Shown here: piece after piece, positions 45,301-53,500 of the stretch | Layout: the number at the start of each line of letters is the position of its first letter | Position numbering within the stretch: the first letter of the stretch is position 1 | Source: a virus | Lineage: Duplodnaviria > Caudoviricetes | Reading direction: 5' to 3' (one strand) | DNA: 55,339 nucleotides | IMG/VR virus record: IMGVR_UViG_3300024261_000039 | Location: 1-55,339 of that record | Notes under the pieces: generated by a model | Told to the model about the DNA's origin: nothing | The model's input: only the letters and a program-made list of their open reading frames with translations | Databases searched by the model: none | Position numbers and translations under genes: made by a program

Positions 45301-47977
45301 ATCTACCTACTCCACAGGAAGTCATACTTTATACTCCCCCTACTATGGAGACAACTGGAATAGTATGACCTCTGTTGAGGGGGATGCCAGCAAGTTTATA
45401 GTAGGGTATACGGACAGCAGTTATGTATCGCGAGTTGTTTGCGGTTACTTAGGCGCGTCAGGCTCACCTGACCCACAGTCTTCGGTTATAACTATGGGAA
45501 CTCCTACCTTAGTCCAAGACCCAGCACCTTACTCAGGTAGTGCGTACCAATCAATCGCCCCGTCCATATCCAAGTGGCGGAGCGACCCTAATAAATTTCA
45601 CATGGGGTATGGGTCACCGTATCTACATTCTAACGGTAGCACTTACTGGGGTGGTATTAACATAGCTACACTAACTCTGACAGGGGTTTCAACACTAACA
45701 ATTTCTAATATAACTGACCTGTACGTGACACAAGGGACGGCTATTTCCTCTACCTACTCTATAGCAACTTTACCGTTTGATGATGATCGTCTTTTGATAG
45801 AGTACACAACTTCCGCTCACCAATCTTCTGGGTATATATTTCTCTCTCTGAGTGCGGGTGTATACACTGGTGAAACTCCCTATGTTATATCTACAGGATA
45901 CCCCGGTGCTAGATCAAACAATGCCAACGCCCCCCACGTTTTTTTAAAATCCCCAAACCACAGGATCGCTCAAGTGTGGGTTCGGGCAAACAATAGCACA
46001 CACTTCAGACTTCACGGAATGGACGTTGACCATCAACCTCTATCGGATGCTGGGGTCGTTGGTGTAGCGGCAGATACCAAGCTGAATGGGGAAGAGGTAG
46101 ACGTAGTTACTACCTCTGGCGTGGCTAGTGGATTAACTGGATTGGTTGCGGGATCAGATTACTACACCACTTTATCTGGAGTATTGTCAACGTCACCAGA
46201 CCCAGACAAAGAAATGTACACGGGTGTTGCTATGACTGCTACAGATTTGGCAGTCAGGGTTAACGCACCCCTACCAACCACCAATATGGTTAAAGATGTT
46301 GACTCGTCTTCGCTCCCTGTCTTGGGAGGCTCACCGTTATTTATTAACTCTAGCGGTACAGTGTCGGCAGTCGGGCTAACTACGAACACAACTACAAACA
46401 TTACTCAGGACGAGTATGTAGATAATGCGGCTTCAGTCTATAGTGATACGTATGCTCACGGAGCATCGTCTGTTGATGGTACATTTGCTGTGACTGTTAG
46501 TCTTGATAGTACCAACAATTTAATGTTGTATCTTTGGGAAATAGCTGGGGATAACCTCGTATCTCAAGGTTCTGTGGTGTTGGACTCCACTCCAACTACT
46601 AATCAGGTATTCCCAAGTCCAGCTATTTATGAAGATGACCCTACCAACACCTCCATCCAGAAGACCGTTTTAGTTTTGTGGGGTGGGTCTGGGGTTAGCT
46701 ATAAAATGTATGGTATGGCTCTTCGGATAGATACGAGTACCTATACGGTGGATGTTACAGGTGCAAAGACCTACCTAGATGGGGGGAGTTGGCATCGCGG
46801 GGCTTCAAACCTTGAGTTTGCTCCCACTACTGGCTTATTTGTATCCCAGAGTATTAGATACTCTGGTAGTTATCAAGACGCCCATTTAGTATGTGAGGTG
46901 AGTAATCACCAAACACTAGCTTTAACTAAGTTAAGTGTTACAAACTCTCCTGAACCAAGTGTCGATAGTTGGTGGTATACCCACACTCTAAAGTTCCTTC
47001 CTAACGACCCTACTAGATACATAGCATCGTGGAAAGAAATGACGCAAGGGGGTCATGTCCCATCAGTATTCCAACCCACAGCAGTTTGCACAGTAAACCA
47101 CACAACTGGAGTGGTTACTTTCGGGACTCTCTTGCCTATATCTGAGGGGAATACTATCCCACCTCTATCCCCATATAGCCAAACCTTCTTTGAGCATTAT
47201 GCTAAACATCCTCAAATCTCTTTCATCACGGACACTAAGTTCGTTATGACGTACACAGCAACCACAAGTTCTGGAACTCTCTATGGTCAGGTAACAGTTG
47301 TTGTAGGAGAGGTCAGCGGTACGTCTTGGACTTCACTTTCTAGGAAGGTGGTTAATTATATGGATGGTTCAAATACTAGTGTGTACGGCAATAACGCTCA
47401 AAATACTGAACACATGATTAACCCTAACCCTACAACTGACAAAGAACTCCTTGTGTCTTTCTATACCTCCAGTGGTACGTGCTACCACGCTAGACGGGTG
47501 ACTATAGACTCATCAAATAACATTACAACTTACACTGATAATAACGTGGACACCTATAGCGTAGGGGTTGGCGATTGGCACTCTCACGCTGGGTGGAAAA
47601 TGAAAGATACCTATGTAAGTTCTTCCGAGTTAAATTACTGGAGTAGCAAACGCTATGTAAATTCCAGTACGAGCAGATTGGTTTTTCAACAGTATAATCC
47701 TAGTAGTGGGGATTACAAATGGAAATCCTTTCTTTGGGGTGAGCAGACAACTAATCTGACCGCATCCACACCTATAGTTGGTACAGCACTCAAACCTCCA
47801 GTTTCTGGTAGGGTGGAGATACTGACTTCTGGCTCTGAAGACAAGAATCAATCTGGGCTAACTACGGGGTCACTGGTTTACCCAACTGCTACTGGGAGCG
47901 TTTCACACAACAACCCACTTAGTGTTTCATCTTTAGGTCTAGCTACTTCATCAACTTCAATTTTATTAAAAGGTTAA
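42362..47977 (+). CDS. Tail fibre / receptor-binding protein
   Basis: Ala/Thr coiled-coil repeats, YLGAKASNPTVDNDGDAL..GDLYFN, GLMS..DKSKLDGV repeats, beta-rich distal region. Confidence 0.88.
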   Translation: MSNFYTKPTDLVSGTTARASDINDRVDSVESGFDSAELVTIRSIKLPVGTTADQLITESSANRASKTIGFDTSGDLVLYSPYNWQGDWTTTTEYALHDTVRDASTKNLYFCMVVHTSGTFATDLAASKWSLAINVADVETAKTAAETAQTAAELAETNAETAQTAAELAETNAETAQTAAELAETNASTSASTATTQATTATTQATNAATSATAASTSATNAATSATAASTSATNAATSASTATTQATNAATSASTATTQATNAATSETNAATSETNAATSATTATTQATNAATSATTATTQATNASTSATNASTSATNASTSETNASTAKTAAETAQTAAETAETNAATSATAASTSATNSATSATASLTAQTAAELAETNAETAETNAATSATNANTAKLAAEAAQTAAELASDTFEDTYLGAKASNPTVDNDGDALTTGDLYFNTTSDEMRVYNGTSWQTAAVSTASMLALTGGAMTGAITTSSTFDGRDVSVDGTKLDGIETSATADQTASEIKTAYESNADTNEFSDTEQTKLAGIATNANNYSLPSSVVHDTEKGALHATDALRISGHSVQLHKGDGSYESVTVPDNNTTYSNATTSSSGLMSNTDKSKLDGVATNANNYSLPSSVVHDTEKGALHATDALRISGHTVQLYKGDGSSESVTVPDNNTTYSNATTSSSGLMSNTDKSKLDGVATSANNYTHPANNHLPSGGTVGQVLTNVSSGNGSWADASGGGGILSGIAAGGITAGDPVVVNGASPQGIHPAGTVSSAIPTVYARDMMSVLDQNIDPNYMQSHYVTLCPQIDAVTNLPNTVLIAHAASSYGIGTRFVAREGATTGTAQAGVTYSTNAMLIGDMKFVNTSKFPSDISYFFFVYGDSGNSNKLTLNWGKVQEVSGSGTADAISFGQTPVVVDSTSLGNETRFARLIPMAEHEQSNGQPLVQVVIAYSVSGQARFVKAGFSLSNYNEISTSTQPTISTYSTGSHTLYSPYYGDNWNSMTSVEGDASKFIVGYTDSSYVSRVVCGYLGASGSPDPQSSVITMGTPTLVQDPAPYSGSAYQSIAPSISKWRSDPNKFHMGYGSPYLHSNGSTYWGGINIATLTLTGVSTLTISNITDLYVTQGTAISSTYSIATLPFDDDRLLIEYTTSAHQSSGYIFLSLSAGVYTGETPYVISTGYPGARSNNANAPHVFLKSPNHRIAQVWVRANNSTHFRLHGMDVDHQPLSDAGVVGVAADTKLNGEEVDVVTTSGVASGLTGLVAGSDYYTTLSGVLSTSPDPDKEMYTGVAMTATDLAVRVNAPLPTTNMVKDVDSSSLPVLGGSPLFINSSGTVSAVGLTTNTTTNITQDEYVDNAASVYSDTYAHGASSVDGTFAVTVSLDSTNNLMLYLWEIAGDNLVSQGSVVLDSTPTTNQVFPSPAIYEDDPTNTSIQKTVLVLWGGSGVSYKMYGMALRIDTSTYTVDVTGAKTYLDGGSWHRGASNLEFAPTTGLFVSQSIRYSGSYQDAHLVCEVSNHQTLALTKLSVTNSPEPSVDSWWYTHTLKFLPNDPTRYIASWKEMTQGGHVPSVFQPTAVCTVNHTTGVVTFGTLLPISEGNTIPPLSPYSQTFFEHYAKHPQISFITDTKFVMTYTATTSSGTLYGQVTVVVGEVSGTSWTSLSRKVVNYMDGSNTSVYGNNAQNTEHMINPNPTTDKELLVSFYTSSGTCYHARRVTIDSSNNITTYTDNNVDTYSVGVGDWHSHAGWKMKDTYVSSSELNYWSSKRYVNSSTSRLVFQQYNPSSGDYKWKSFLWGEQTTNLTASTPIVGTALKPPVSGRVEILTSGSEDKNQSGLTTGSLVYPTATGSVSHNNPLSVSSLGLATSSTSILLKG
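42775..43600 (+). repeat. Ala/Thr/Ser heptad repeats (21/42-nt units) in the tail fibre
   Basis: Repeated AETAQTAAELAETN and ATSATTATTQATNA units. Confidence 0.9.
43985..44452 (+). repeat. Tandem 234-nt (78-aa) duplication in the tail fibre
   Basis: Units start at 43985 and 44219, with a third partial unit at 44453; near-identical protein with synonymous changes. Confidence 0.92.
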
Positions 47978-47979
47978 CT

Positions 47980-48267
47980 ATGAAAACAATTACGTTTAAC
48001 GACAACAACGAATCTGTCTATCTATTTAGTGATTCGGATGAAGTTATCTCCACCGAGAGCAATATCAAATGCCCTCGCTTTGTAATTGGCGATATGAACG
48101 CCAGCAACGCAACCATCCATGAGAATGTCACCCCCCCAGAAGATTGGCAAGGAGGCAGATACACTTTTGACGGTGTGTCTTGGGTAGCTATAGCGAGTTG
48201 GTCTGACCCAAAACTAGACCAGATAGCCCGTCTTGAAGAAGAGATCGCTAGGCTGAAAGCAGAATAA
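47980..48267 (+). CDS. Putative tail-fibre assembly/accessory protein
   Basis: Directly follows the fibre; ENVTPPEDWQGGRYTFDG..W. Confidence 0.55.
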   Translation: MKTITFNDNNESVYLFSDSDEVISTESNIKCPRFVIGDMNASNATIHENVTPPEDWQGGRYTFDGVSWVAIASWSDPKLDQIARLEEEIARLKAE

Positions 48268-48268
48268 A

Positions 48269-48712
48269 ATGCTGGCTGAACTTGCTATTGCCAATGCCGC
48301 GTTTGAGGTCATAAGAACCGCGGTATCTAACGGTAAGGAGATTTTTGAGTTAGGCGATCACCTAGCTAAGTTCTCAGACGCTGGTCGGGAAATTGACCAC
48401 AAAGCAAAGTTAGCTAAAAAGGGGTCGGAGCAAGAGTCTGACCTAGAAATATTCATGGCGCAAGAAGCCATGAGGAACAAACGAGAACAACTCAAAGAAC
48501 TGATGATACGGACTCGCCATCTCATGTGGGACGACTTCCTCCGGTTCGAAGGACAACAACAGAAAGCACGACTTAAAGCACAGCGTGATGAAGAGCGTCA
48601 GAAAGAAGAACGAACAGATTTCATTATGACTTGTGTTGCTTGGATTGTAGCCTTCTTTATCCTCGCAGGATCACTGGTTGGTGGGCTTAAATTAATTATT
48701 GGGATGAAGTAA
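48269..48712 (+). CDS. Hypothetical protein with C-terminal TM helix
   Basis: MLAELAIANAAF N-terminus, coiled coil, hydrophobic C-terminus. Confidence 0.7.
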   Translation: MLAELAIANAAFEVIRTAVSNGKEIFELGDHLAKFSDAGREIDHKAKLAKKGSEQESDLEIFMAQEAMRNKREQLKELMIRTRHLMWDDFLRFEGQQQKARLKAQRDEERQKEERTDFIMTCVAWIVAFFILAGSLVGGLKLIIGMK

Positions 48713-48903
48713 TGGATGAGAGGTCTTGCAGTCAAATGGAAACCACAATTAAGATTCATAAACATCGAATCGATGAGTTGGAAAAGACTCTTGATGATAT
48801 ACATACCCAACTGACCCACATAAAGGGGTGTGCCTACGGGGCTTGCGGGTACGCACTAGCCTCGCAGTTGGGGTGGTTGGATGCTATTACTCTAGTGAAA
48901 TGA
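48712..48903 (+). CDS. Small coiled-coil + TM protein (XhlA/holin-like)
   Basis: RIDELEKTLDDI followed by a weakly hydrophobic C-terminus. Confidence 0.45.
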   Translation: MDERSCSQMETTIKIHKHRIDELEKTLDDIHTQLTHIKGCAYGACGYALASQLGWLDAITLVK

Positions 48904-49016
48904 AGGATTACTGGGAGATTGTCGTGACTATGTTCTGGATGATCTTCTTAGCGGCTCTTGGGAGTTCTTTAGCGGTGTTTATCTTACAAGAAATCATGGA
49001 GGTGTTTTATGTTTAA
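48900..49016 (+). CDS. Small membrane peptide
   Basis: MKDYWEIVVTMFWMIFLAALGSSLAVFILQEIMEVFYV; coupled on both sides. Confidence 0.5.
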   Translation: MKDYWEIVVTMFWMIFLAALGSSLAVFILQEIMEVFYV

Positions 49017-49377
49017 AGGTACATTGAATATTGAGGCTGTGGCGGGGGAAGATGCGTACATCCTCACATCCCCCATAACGTATTTGACAAATGATGGGGA
49101 TGAGGTGACGATCCCAAAGGGGTTCAAGACTAATTTCGCCTCAGTTCCTAACATAGCCAAGGTCTACGTTGATGACAACAGTCACTTCATCAGACTACCT
49201 TCAGTTGCCCACGATTTCTTATATTCAAAAGAGTCTGCGTATTTAGGGTTTACCCGTAAGCAAGCAGATTTTGTGCTTTTAACAGCAATGCAAGAACAGG
49301 GGATGAGACCGAGTAAGGCTCTCCTTATCTATTATATTTTAAGAGTCTTTGGAGGACGCAACTATGAAAAGCGTTAG
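49009..49377 (+). CDS. DUF1353 family protein
   Basis: IPKGFKTNFASVP...VAHDFLY...RKQADFV...AM...LRVFG. Confidence 0.9.
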   Translation: MFKGTLNIEAVAGEDAYILTSPITYLTNDGDEVTIPKGFKTNFASVPNIAKVYVDDNSHFIRLPSVAHDFLYSKESAYLGFTRKQADFVLLTAMQEQGMRPSKALLIYYILRVFGGRNYEKR

Positions 49378-49588
49378 TTTACTACTGTGCTTGGTTTTTT
49401 TAACGGGGTGTTCTGTCACACAATCTATTGCAGGGAAGGCCGCGAATTTCGCAGTTAGTTCTTATTGCAAAATCCCAAGTGGCACTCTTGGGAGAAAAGG
49501 AATTAGAAAGACTTTTAATGAGGCCACAGCCCCTAACACAGTTTTGATTGAATGTTCCTCAGACAAGGAGACCCAAGGTGGCAACTAG
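49364..49588 (+). CDS. Small lipoprotein
   Basis: MKSVSLLLCLVFLTG-C lipobox; RBS GGAGG. Confidence 0.75.
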   Translation: MKSVSLLLCLVFLTGCSVTQSIAGKAANFAVSSYCKIPSGTLGRKGIRKTFNEATAPNTVLIECSSDKETQGGN

Positions 49589-50561
49589 TACACAGTTAGA
49601 TTACGGGGTCGGCAACAACACTGGCGGCCTGATGAATTATACCCAACCAACAGAGATTAAACCGCTCCCAGCACTTGGGACGTTGCAAACGTCTGGCACA
49701 CAGGCGGCTACAGTTCAAGGTCAGATGGACAACCTGCTGAAGAACGACAGCCCTTTAATGCAGAGAGCAACTACCAGAGCATCCCAAGCGGCAAATAAGC
49801 GGGGGTTATTGAATTCAAGTATGGCAGTCCAATCTGGTCAAGAGGCGGCTTTATCTGCCGCGTTACCCATTGCACAAGCAGACGCGAAGGCATATCAGGC
49901 ACAGGGTCTTGCTAACCAAAATGCCATGAACACGTTTGGTACTGCGACACAGGCCCAAGATTACAAGACTGCCTCAGCAGACCAAGCCTACTCACAGCAA
50001 ATGGGAACGGGCAACTATGCTAACTTAGCTGATGGGGCCACAGCACCAGCCGACCACCTTGGTGGCGGGGGTATTTTACAAACCCAAGCAGATATAGCCA
50101 ATACTGCACGGGATCAGATTTATGAGCAAACTGTAGGTACTGGTGACTACGCATCTCAGGTAGTTGATTCGACAGGTGCGGTCACACAAGCCGCTGGGAA
50201 TATTGGCGGTGGCGGTACAATCACAGCCAAGAACGATGCGTTACTAACTACTCAGGATGACGCGCAACTTCATGACACTGCGATGAAAGGGTTAGATGAA
50301 AATATGCGTGGGAACTTACTGTCCCTTGAGTCAAACTTCAACTCATTAGCACAGACTTCACGATCTGCCTCCACTATCTATTCCTCGTTTCTGACATCTT
50401 TGGTCGCAATACAACAGGATGCCTCTTTAGGCGAAACTGCGAAAACGGAATTGATTGACCAAGTTTGGGGAAAAGCAGAAGACTCCATTGAGGTTCTCAT
50501 GGCATTTGACTCTGCGGCTCTGGGAGTACAACAGCAAGTTTCTGATCTACAACCTGTATAA
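49578..50561 (+). CDS. Internal virion/ejection protein
   Basis: TVQGQM..LL..DSPLMQ.A...ANKRGLLNSSMA...ALPIAQADA; GTG start after AAGGAG is inferred. Confidence 0.65.
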   Translation: MATSTQLDYGVGNNTGGLMNYTQPTEIKPLPALGTLQTSGTQAATVQGQMDNLLKNDSPLMQRATTRASQAANKRGLLNSSMAVQSGQEAALSAALPIAQADAKAYQAQGLANQNAMNTFGTATQAQDYKTASADQAYSQQMGTGNYANLADGATAPADHLGGGGILQTQADIANTARDQIYEQTVGTGDYASQVVDSTGAVTQAAGNIGGGGTITAKNDALLTTQDDAQLHDTAMKGLDENMRGNLLSLESNFNSLAQTSRSASTIYSSFLTSLVAIQQDASLGETAKTELIDQVWGKAEDSIEVLMAFDSAALGVQQQVSDLQPV

Positions 50562-50578
50562 GTTATAAGGGATAGCGT

Positions 50579-53500
50579 ATGTCAATCTGGGATTGGGATT
50601 TGGATTTATCATTCGGATATTCAAGTGATGCCGATACTAACTCTGACACTTCTGATTGGAATTTCACCACCCTCACTGATTCTATTTATGAGGGTGCAAG
50701 TGACATTTACGATTATGTAACACCGTGGGAAAGTTCATACGATAGTCCAGAGTACGTTTATGACCCTTATACCACAGACCCTATACAAGATGCTATAGAC
50801 TCTGGGACATACATTCCTCCAGAAGATATATCCGCAGAGGGTGAATACATAGGTAGTGACCCTGTATTTATGGGTGAGGGGTACACACCGCCAGCGAAAT
50901 TCACGACAGGCATTGAAGGGATGGGGTATACCTTCCCAGAAGAGTACACCCCAGAACACCTAGCGGAGACTAATACCCTATGGAATTTCGACCCTCATGG
51001 GGATGATGTCACTGACTATCTTCTGCTAGATAAGATAAATACTTGGCAAGATGAGGGTAAGACTGCTAAAGAGATACTAGAGATTGCGAATGAGTATTGG
51101 ATTGAGGATGCTCGAATAGCTGATTTGTATGGTATTGAGACGTCTGAACTGGAGTCTTTTATGGACTCCAATGCCAGATTTTGGGAAAACGTAGACAAGG
51201 ATACAGGTCAGGCATTTCTTGGTAGTCAGGGAAATGTAACTTTTTTGAATGGAGTCTTTAAATTAAATTGGGATGACTCACTGTTTACTGGTGTTGATAC
51301 AGATGGAACAGTATATGTAGATGGTAAGTACAGCAACCAAGACAACAACCTCCTATCTGATAGGTGGTATGACATTTCTCAGAAGTTTGCAGGGGTGGAC
51401 ATACTAGCCTCTACTGCTGGGATTATCTACGATTCTGTTAACACCAATCAAAATGTTAATTTTGAATCTCTAGGGGATATTGTAGAGGATAACGATCTTC
51501 TGCGTAGTGTGTTAAACACTTTGCTTACAGCCGAGGCTGGCGTTGGAGTGGCTTTGGATGTAGCATCTATAGGTCTCTCTGGCGAGAAGGTCGCTGGTCA
51601 TTTAGCCGATATAATCTATAATGGTGATGACAATGTTAGAGCCAAGATAGCCGACCACTTAGACAACCTGACTTTGGGTGAGTTTTCAGAAGGTCTTATT
51701 AAGATAATTGATGCTGTGTCTGGAGTTCCATCCATGTCCTTGGCTTTAGATGCCAGTAAGACTGTCTCCAGTATGACTTATTATTGGATAACAGGGGCGC
51801 AGGATGAGGATGAGGGAGGACTTCCAAAGAATCCATTTACGTTTGTTCCTACCACTGTACTAAGCATTGAAGAGTCTAAGCATTTCTCTGAGTCAAATTT
51901 TGGGTTGTTACAGGAAGATGGTAGCACCCGCCCTTTTACACCTATACCAGATGAGCCTCCTATATCTGCTGAGTATGTTCCCGCAGAACCAGTTTATCCC
52001 GACCAACCCGCTATACCCTCTATACCACCTGTCCCAGTTGCGGATAAAACATTTGATGACCTACTCGTTGATTTTGAGTCTGCCCTTGCCGAAAAGGGCT
52101 TAACCGCTACAGACCCTACTGGAACTGCCATAGCGTTCGATAAGGATATTTTGAAAAACATATCCTTATATCAAGGAGCGCAAGCGACATATAAAGGTAA
52201 TGTTTATGATATGGGTATGGGTCAGAACCGTGTTAACGGCAATGTTGTATCTAACTATGTCTCTTCGTATCGTACTGCCGCTGACCCAGACACTTACCAT
52301 AAAACTATACTGAATGTTGGTAAGGTTGCTGGGGAAGTCTTTGGTCAATACTGGAAAGATTTAACAGGTATGGAATTAATGGTCAGTAAGGAAACCACAC
52401 CTGACTATTTTAGCTCTTCAATTTATTCTAACAACAATTATTACTTCACAGATAGTGCTAGGGATGGGTTGTTTGAAAAGTGGGAAGGGTACATAGGTGC
52501 TGGGGTTAATGGGTACACCCACGGCATGACCATGAATTGGGACGCGATTAATGCTGAACAGCAAACTTGGGACTATAATGGATACCCTGCCAGTATAGAT
52601 ACAAAAACTACCGAGTCCGAAGCTGAGTTTACCCAGTTGACAAAGGCGTTTGACGATGCTTTAGAGTATGAAAATAACTACCCTAGCTTGGTGGCGGAGC
52701 ATTCGGTTGCTGTTACTAATATAGACCTTGACTATGATGCATCCATACTTGAGGGAATTGACAATTGGCACTCAGACTCTCTGTACAGGGATTATACAAC
52801 TGAGGTAAGTGTGGCAAATGACCTCAACTCCAATGATATTGGGGTGTCAGAGTCAGCTATACCAGACTACACAACCAATGAGGAAGGTAGATTTGTCCTA
52901 GTACCGCCAATAGAAGGTGAGTCCCAGCCGCCCAACACGCTGATGGCAGTTCATAAAGGGGCTGATGGTAAATATTCTTACTCTTATGAGCCAGACACAC
53001 TTACCTCCCCAGATAGTAAGTGGGAAAGTTCTGACTTCCCTATGCTATCTACGATGGTGGGTGCGGATGTAACTCAGGTTGTTGTGGATGTGGCAAACAA
53101 TATTGCCCATTTAGTAAACTCAGCGGGGGAATTAGCAGGGACACTATTGACCCGTGATATGGGTCAATATTTCAAAGGGTTAGACCAGTATGTGTACCCC
53201 TCAGATATGAATAAAATAGACCCATCCTCTGACTCTATCCTAATGGTTAATTTGGAAGGTGGCGAAGCTACCGCTGATCTAGATCGGTGGAATGTTATTA
53301 TTGATCAGTTGAGTCTTGGGGAGTCAGTTATAGTAACCCCTAAAAGTATAGCGTCTTCCACAGTAGATGCAGAAAATAACGCGGCAACCACAGCCAAGAA
53401 TAACGCTAATGAGATAGTACAGGGTAAGGCACAAGATCGACTGGACGAGGCTATAGCCAAGAGAGAAGAGGATGTAGAGGCTGAGAAAGCCGAATATGAT

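Noticed and set aside
42362-48267. Diversity-generating retroelement acting on the tail fibre
   Set aside because: No reverse transcriptase, and the 234-nt duplication is in-frame, tandem and not adenine-specific in its differences.
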